Shown piece by piece: positions 60,262 to 64,000 of a DNA stretch of 64,000 nucleotides. This stretch comes from Alphaproteobacteria bacterium (GTDB lineage Bacteria > Pseudomonadota > Alphaproteobacteria > CAAHEQ01 > UBA3637). Each line of letters begins with the position of its first letter. The first letter of the stretch is position 1. The stretch is from positions 141 to 64,140 of the forward strand of contig JAGCYU010000022.1 of assembly GCA_017960645.1 (NCBI GenBank), read 5' to 3'. Below the pieces are notes generated by a model, which saw only the letters and a program-made list of their open reading frames with translations, was not told the DNA's origin and ran no database searches. A program made the translations under genes and the position numbers.

Positions 60262-61731
60262 ATGACAGCAAAAAAGATTTTGTTTATCGCAAGTGAGATG
60301 ACACCCTTTGTCAAAACGGGGGGCTTAGGGGATGTGGTTGGAGCGCTACCGAAATCCTTAGTTACAAAAGGTGTTGATGTTAAAGTTATTGTTCCCTTAT
60401 ATTCTGTGATTGATTATGAAAAATACAAACTTGAAAAAGTCATGGACGGCAACTGTGTCGCTATGGGGAACTGCAGTGAATTCTTCTCAGTACATCATTC
60501 AAGCTATGTTAAAGGCGTTGATACTTATTTTATCGAATTCAATAAATATTTTGATCGCAACGGCGTTTATGACGATATGTGGACGCGCGTTGCTTATCAA
60601 GATAACGGCTATCGTTACGCCTTCTTTGATAGGGCGGCTTTACAAACCGCAAAGGATTTAGGTTTTCAACCAGATGTTATTCATCTGCATGATTGGCAAA
60701 CAGGACTTGTCCCTTACTATGTCAAACATGATGGGGATGCATTCTTTGCAAAAACAAAAACATTATTAACGATTCACAATCTTCCTTATCAAGGACGTTT
60801 TGGAGCCGATTTATTATCCTATGCTAAAATTAACATGGCGGATTTTCATGCGGGTGCCTTAGAAGATTACGGATGCATCAATTTTTTAAAAGGGGGCATT
60901 CGTTTTGCCGACAAGCTGAATACCGTCAGTCCTAATTATGCTCGTGAAATTTTAACGCCTGAGTTCGGCGCAGGATTAGATTGGTTACTACGCGAACGCC
61001 AAAATGATTTATGTGGTATTTTGAATGGTATTGATACAGAACTTTGGAACCCCAAAAAAGATATTATTATTCCTGAAAAATATTCAATCAAAACCCACTT
61101 AGCAGGCAAAGAAGAAAACAAACGCCATTTGGTTCAAGCCACAGGCTTATCCAGCACGGACAAACCAATTGTCTCTATGTGCGTGCGTTTAGCTGAACAA
61201 AAAGGCATTAAAATGCTGGCTAATTGCATTGAACCTGTTTTAAACACTATGGAAACACAGTTTGTGATTATGGGGCAAGGGGAACAATGGGCCAACAATT
61301 ATTTTGATTCACTGCCCAAAAAATACCCGGGGAAAATCGCCGTCAAAATTGGATATGATACCGCAGGTGAACACTTGATGTGCTCGGGGGCAGATTTTGC
61401 TTTGGTACCCAGCTTATACGAGCCATGCGGTTTAACCCAAATGGTCAGCCAAACCTACGGCGCTTTACCGATAGTGCGCTCCACAGGTGGTTTGGAAGAT
61501 ACTGTTTTAAATTACAATGAATACTATGGTGTTGGCACAGGCTTTAAATTTAATGATGTTTCTGCTAACGCTTTGTATAACACCATTGGGTGGGCGAACG
61601 CCACATACTATGATCGCCCGGAGCATATTCTTAAAATGCGTGAAATGGCCATGCGTAAAGATTATTCTTGGGATAAATCTGGTAACGATTATAAACAACT
61701 ATATCAAGAAATGGCTGGAGGTTTTATTTAA
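60262..61731 (+). CDS. glgA: Glycogen synthase
   Basis: KTGGLGDV, HLHDWQT, EPCGLTQM, TGGLEDTV. Confidence 0.96.
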   Translation: MTAKKILFIASEMTPFVKTGGLGDVVGALPKSLVTKGVDVKVIVPLYSVIDYEKYKLEKVMDGNCVAMGNCSEFFSVHHSSYVKGVDTYFIEFNKYFDRNGVYDDMWTRVAYQDNGYRYAFFDRAALQTAKDLGFQPDVIHLHDWQTGLVPYYVKHDGDAFFAKTKTLLTIHNLPYQGRFGADLLSYAKINMADFHAGALEDYGCINFLKGGIRFADKLNTVSPNYAREILTPEFGAGLDWLLRERQNDLCGILNGIDTELWNPKKDIIIPEKYSIKTHLAGKEENKRHLVQATGLSSTDKPIVSMCVRLAEQKGIKMLANCIEPVLNTMETQFVIMGQGEQWANNYFDSLPKKYPGKIAVKIGYDTAGEHLMCSGADFALVPSLYEPCGLTQMVSQTYGALPIVRSTGGLEDTVLNYNEYYGVGTGFKFNDVSANALYNTIGWANATYYDRPEHILKMREMAMRKDYSWDKSGNDYKQLYQEMAGGFI

Positions 61732-62639
61732 TGCAAAGGATAAATGTTGCAATTATTGGTTGGGGAAATGTGGGACGCGGTTGCAAACGTGCTATTGAAG
61801 AATCTAAAGATATTGTTTTGACTGGAGTTGTACGCCGTCCGGCAAGTTTATTGAAAAATCTGGATGAATTAAAAAACACCACAGTTGTATCAGATATTCA
61901 AGAATTGGACAAAGTTGATGTTGCTTTGCTGTGTGTTCCTTCTCGTGAAGTTCCGGAAAAAATGAAAATGTATCAAAAATTGGGCATATGCACAGTAGAC
62001 AGTTATGATGAGCACGAACATATTTTGGATTTAAAGCAGGATGGAGATTTATCGGCCAAGATTAACAAAGTTGTTTCCATGACCGCTTGCGGATGGGATC
62101 CGGGTACAGATTCTGTCGTTCGAGCCTTGATGAAGATGGTGGCAATCACAGGTAAAACGACAACTACTTTTGGAGGTGAAAAGGGCGGACGCAGCATGGG
62201 ACATACTGTTGCTGTTAAAGCCATTCCTGGTGTCAAAGATGCTGTTGCATTAACTTTAGCCAATGGCCGCGGAAAACATAAACGGCGTGTCTATGTGGTT
62301 TTAGAAAAAGATGCTAACGAACAAAAGGTGGCCGCTGCAATTCAAAAGGATCCTTACTTCAAACAAGATCCAACCGAGGTTTTATTTGTTAAAGACATTA
62401 ACAAATATAATACATTACATCATGAAGGTGATATAGAACGTACTGCGATGGAAGTACACCAACAATATACTGTATCGGGCGATAATCCTGACTTTACCGC
62501 CAACGTGATGGTGTCATGTGCCAGGGCTTGCATCAATGCTATGGCCAAAGAAGAATATGGTTGTTATACTTTAATTGAACGCCCATTGATAGATTGCTTG
62601 TTTGGCGCCACATTAGAAGAAAAATTAGCAGGCTATTAA
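61731..62639 (+). CDS. ddh: meso-diaminopimelate dehydrogenase
   Basis: GWGNVG, TVDSYD, GWDPGTDSVVR, SMGHTVA, NPDFTA. Confidence 0.88.
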   Translation: MQRINVAIIGWGNVGRGCKRAIEESKDIVLTGVVRRPASLLKNLDELKNTTVVSDIQELDKVDVALLCVPSREVPEKMKMYQKLGICTVDSYDEHEHILDLKQDGDLSAKINKVVSMTACGWDPGTDSVVRALMKMVAITGKTTTTFGGEKGGRSMGHTVAVKAIPGVKDAVALTLANGRGKHKRRVYVVLEKDANEQKVAAAIQKDPYFKQDPTEVLFVKDINKYNTLHHEGDIERTAMEVHQQYTVSGDNPDFTANVMVSCARACINAMAKEEYGCYTLIERPLIDCLFGATLEEKLAGY

Positions 62640-62702
62640 AGGCATAAAGGTATCTGCAACAAAAAACACAAGTTATATCATCAGTTGTCCTTACTTTGTT
62701 GT

Positions 62703-62776
62703 GTAAGTATTTATCGCAAATGATTTACCGATGTAATGATTTACAAATTGACATAAAGTAAAAAATGTGCTATGAT
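62703..62776 (+). promoter_or_regulatory. sigma70 promoter preceded by three operator-like repeats
   Basis: GTAAGTATTTAT, GCAAATGATTTAC, GTAATGATTTAC, then TTGACA(62748)-17-TATGAT. Confidence 0.55.
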
Positions 62777-62858
62777 GCGGTCGGTTTGGATGGCTGTGGG
62801 AAGACTGTCGTTTGGATCTAAGGTAGAGGATGACTAACGTTATAACGAAAGGATAACG

Positions 62859-63539
62859 ATGACAACAAACAATGCCATGGCAGCCAAAGCCAAGAAAATC
62901 GCAGCATATAGAGATTTAATGAAAATGAAAGATTACTTTCATTTGTGCTATGGAGAAACACGCCAAGAAGAATTGGATAAAAGCTTGATGGATTTTGCGA
63001 CCAAAGGATCTCTTGTTTCACCACTAAACATAAACCATGTAGAGATAGAGAATCGTATTGTTCGGTTAATGATAGATGCTGGAGCTAATCCTAATGCGGA
63101 AAGGATGGGATTGTTTAAGCCAGAGTCTCTTTTTGAAGTATTCATGGAATTTGGTAAAGTTAAACCTCATTGTGCGTTAGAAATTGCAAAAGTGAATGGT
63201 TTTAAACCGCCGAAAGATGTTGATCCAATTTTTGGGAGATTAGAATATCTATTGGAACAACAGATAACAGAAGGCAAACCTTCTCGAATAGTACACCCGA
63301 TAACTATGGTAGATTATGATGACGATGAAACAAAGCAAGACTTTGAAGTACGCAAAAAGCTTTGTAGATATGGGCAAGCATTAGTATACACCTTGTTTGA
63401 AAAAGGAATAAAACCAAAAGACAAAAAGCTTCTTAAAAGCTTACAACCTGTCTATGAAGCTGAGAAGAAAAGATTGGCACAGTCTTCAAGGCCTACGAGT
63501 AATACCCCCACAGGTGGGCATTCTGGCGCAAGTAGATAA
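62859..63539 (+). CDS. Hypothetical protein with an ankyrin-like turn and Gly/Ser tail
   Basis: RBS GAAAGGA; IVRLMIDAGANPNA; ends GGHSGASR. Confidence 0.7.
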   Translation: MTTNNAMAAKAKKIAAYRDLMKMKDYFHLCYGETRQEELDKSLMDFATKGSLVSPLNINHVEIENRIVRLMIDAGANPNAERMGLFKPESLFEVFMEFGKVKPHCALEIAKVNGFKPPKDVDPIFGRLEYLLEQQITEGKPSRIVHPITMVDYDDDETKQDFEVRKKLCRYGQALVYTLFEKGIKPKDKKLLKSLQPVYEAEKKRLAQSSRPTSNTPTGGHSGASR

Positions 63540-63572
63540 AGAACGTTTAAGTATAATTGAAAGGATAACAAA

Positions 63573-64000
63573 ATGAAAAAAATTAAAATTAGCATTCCCA
63601 AAATCAAACTCCCTGAATTGAAGGAAGAAACAAAGGACAAATTGGTAAGTGGTGCGAAAATAACAGCAAAAACTTTGCTTGGATTGTTTGCTTTAGGTGT
63701 ATGTCTAAAAGGTTGTGCTAGTTGTGCCGTTCGTTCTGTCCAACAGGAAGAAGCACAAGAAGCATTGGATCGAAAGACACCTGCGACTTTAATTGACAAA
63801 AGTATTACTCCCGCACGCTGTTGTGATGCCAAAAAAGATGTAACGCTTTATTTCGATACCGATGGCGACACTTCAACCATTGAAGCATCACTTGATATAC
63901 AAGTTAAGCACGGACAAGTAATACCATTTTATAATTTAACAAATGGCACAACAAAATCTGTAGCTGATTGGAAGAAGATGGCACACCCAATGCCAGCGAT
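63573..64000 (+). CDS. Membrane-anchored hypothetical protein, truncated by window end
   Basis: RBS GAAAGGA, ATG 63573, open to the edge (MKKIKISIPK...LLGLFALGVCLKGC...FDTDGD...). Confidence 0.7.
   Translation, partial: MKKIKISIPKIKLPELKEETKDKLVSGAKITAKTLLGLFALGVCLKGCASCAVRSVQQEEAQEALDRKTPATLIDKSITPARCCDAKKDVTLYFDTDGDTSTIEASLDIQVKHGQVIPFYNLTNGTTKSVADWKKMAHPMPA

Overview
AT-rich chromosomal segment of an alphaproteobacterium. The taxon call rests on cckA, the yfgM-bamB-der cluster, accBC, mlaD-mlaD-DUF2155 and clpX-lon-hupB. A fermentative, probably host-associated lifestyle is inferred from pta-ackA, a D-2-hydroxyacid dehydrogenase, a flavodiiron protein, glgA, ddh and a complete Na+-type N-ATPase operon. 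Three tRNA genes are present: Leu-CAA, Ala-GGC and Gly-GCC. The most striking structure is at 1.6-5.7 kb, where three integrase-less single-gene cassettes (1311, 877 and 1859 bp) are stacked at the CCA end of tRNA-Leu. Each cassette is bounded by a TGGTAC core, carries a replacement tRNA terminator, and has a left arm encoding a conserved 28-aa peptide that looks like the split C-terminus of a recombinase. This resembles an integron-like accretion array filled in trans. Other unusual items are two unannotated tandem ~30-aa membrane peptides with their own promoters between clpX and lon, three secreted paralogs sharing a C-terminal CYxVYD...IDxR motif, a tandem pair of ankyrin-subtilase-beta-barrel proteins (one intact, one catalytically degenerate), and a phage C4-like antisense RNA fold in the leader of a glycosyltransferase. 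All calls are from reading the sequence; no database searches were run.
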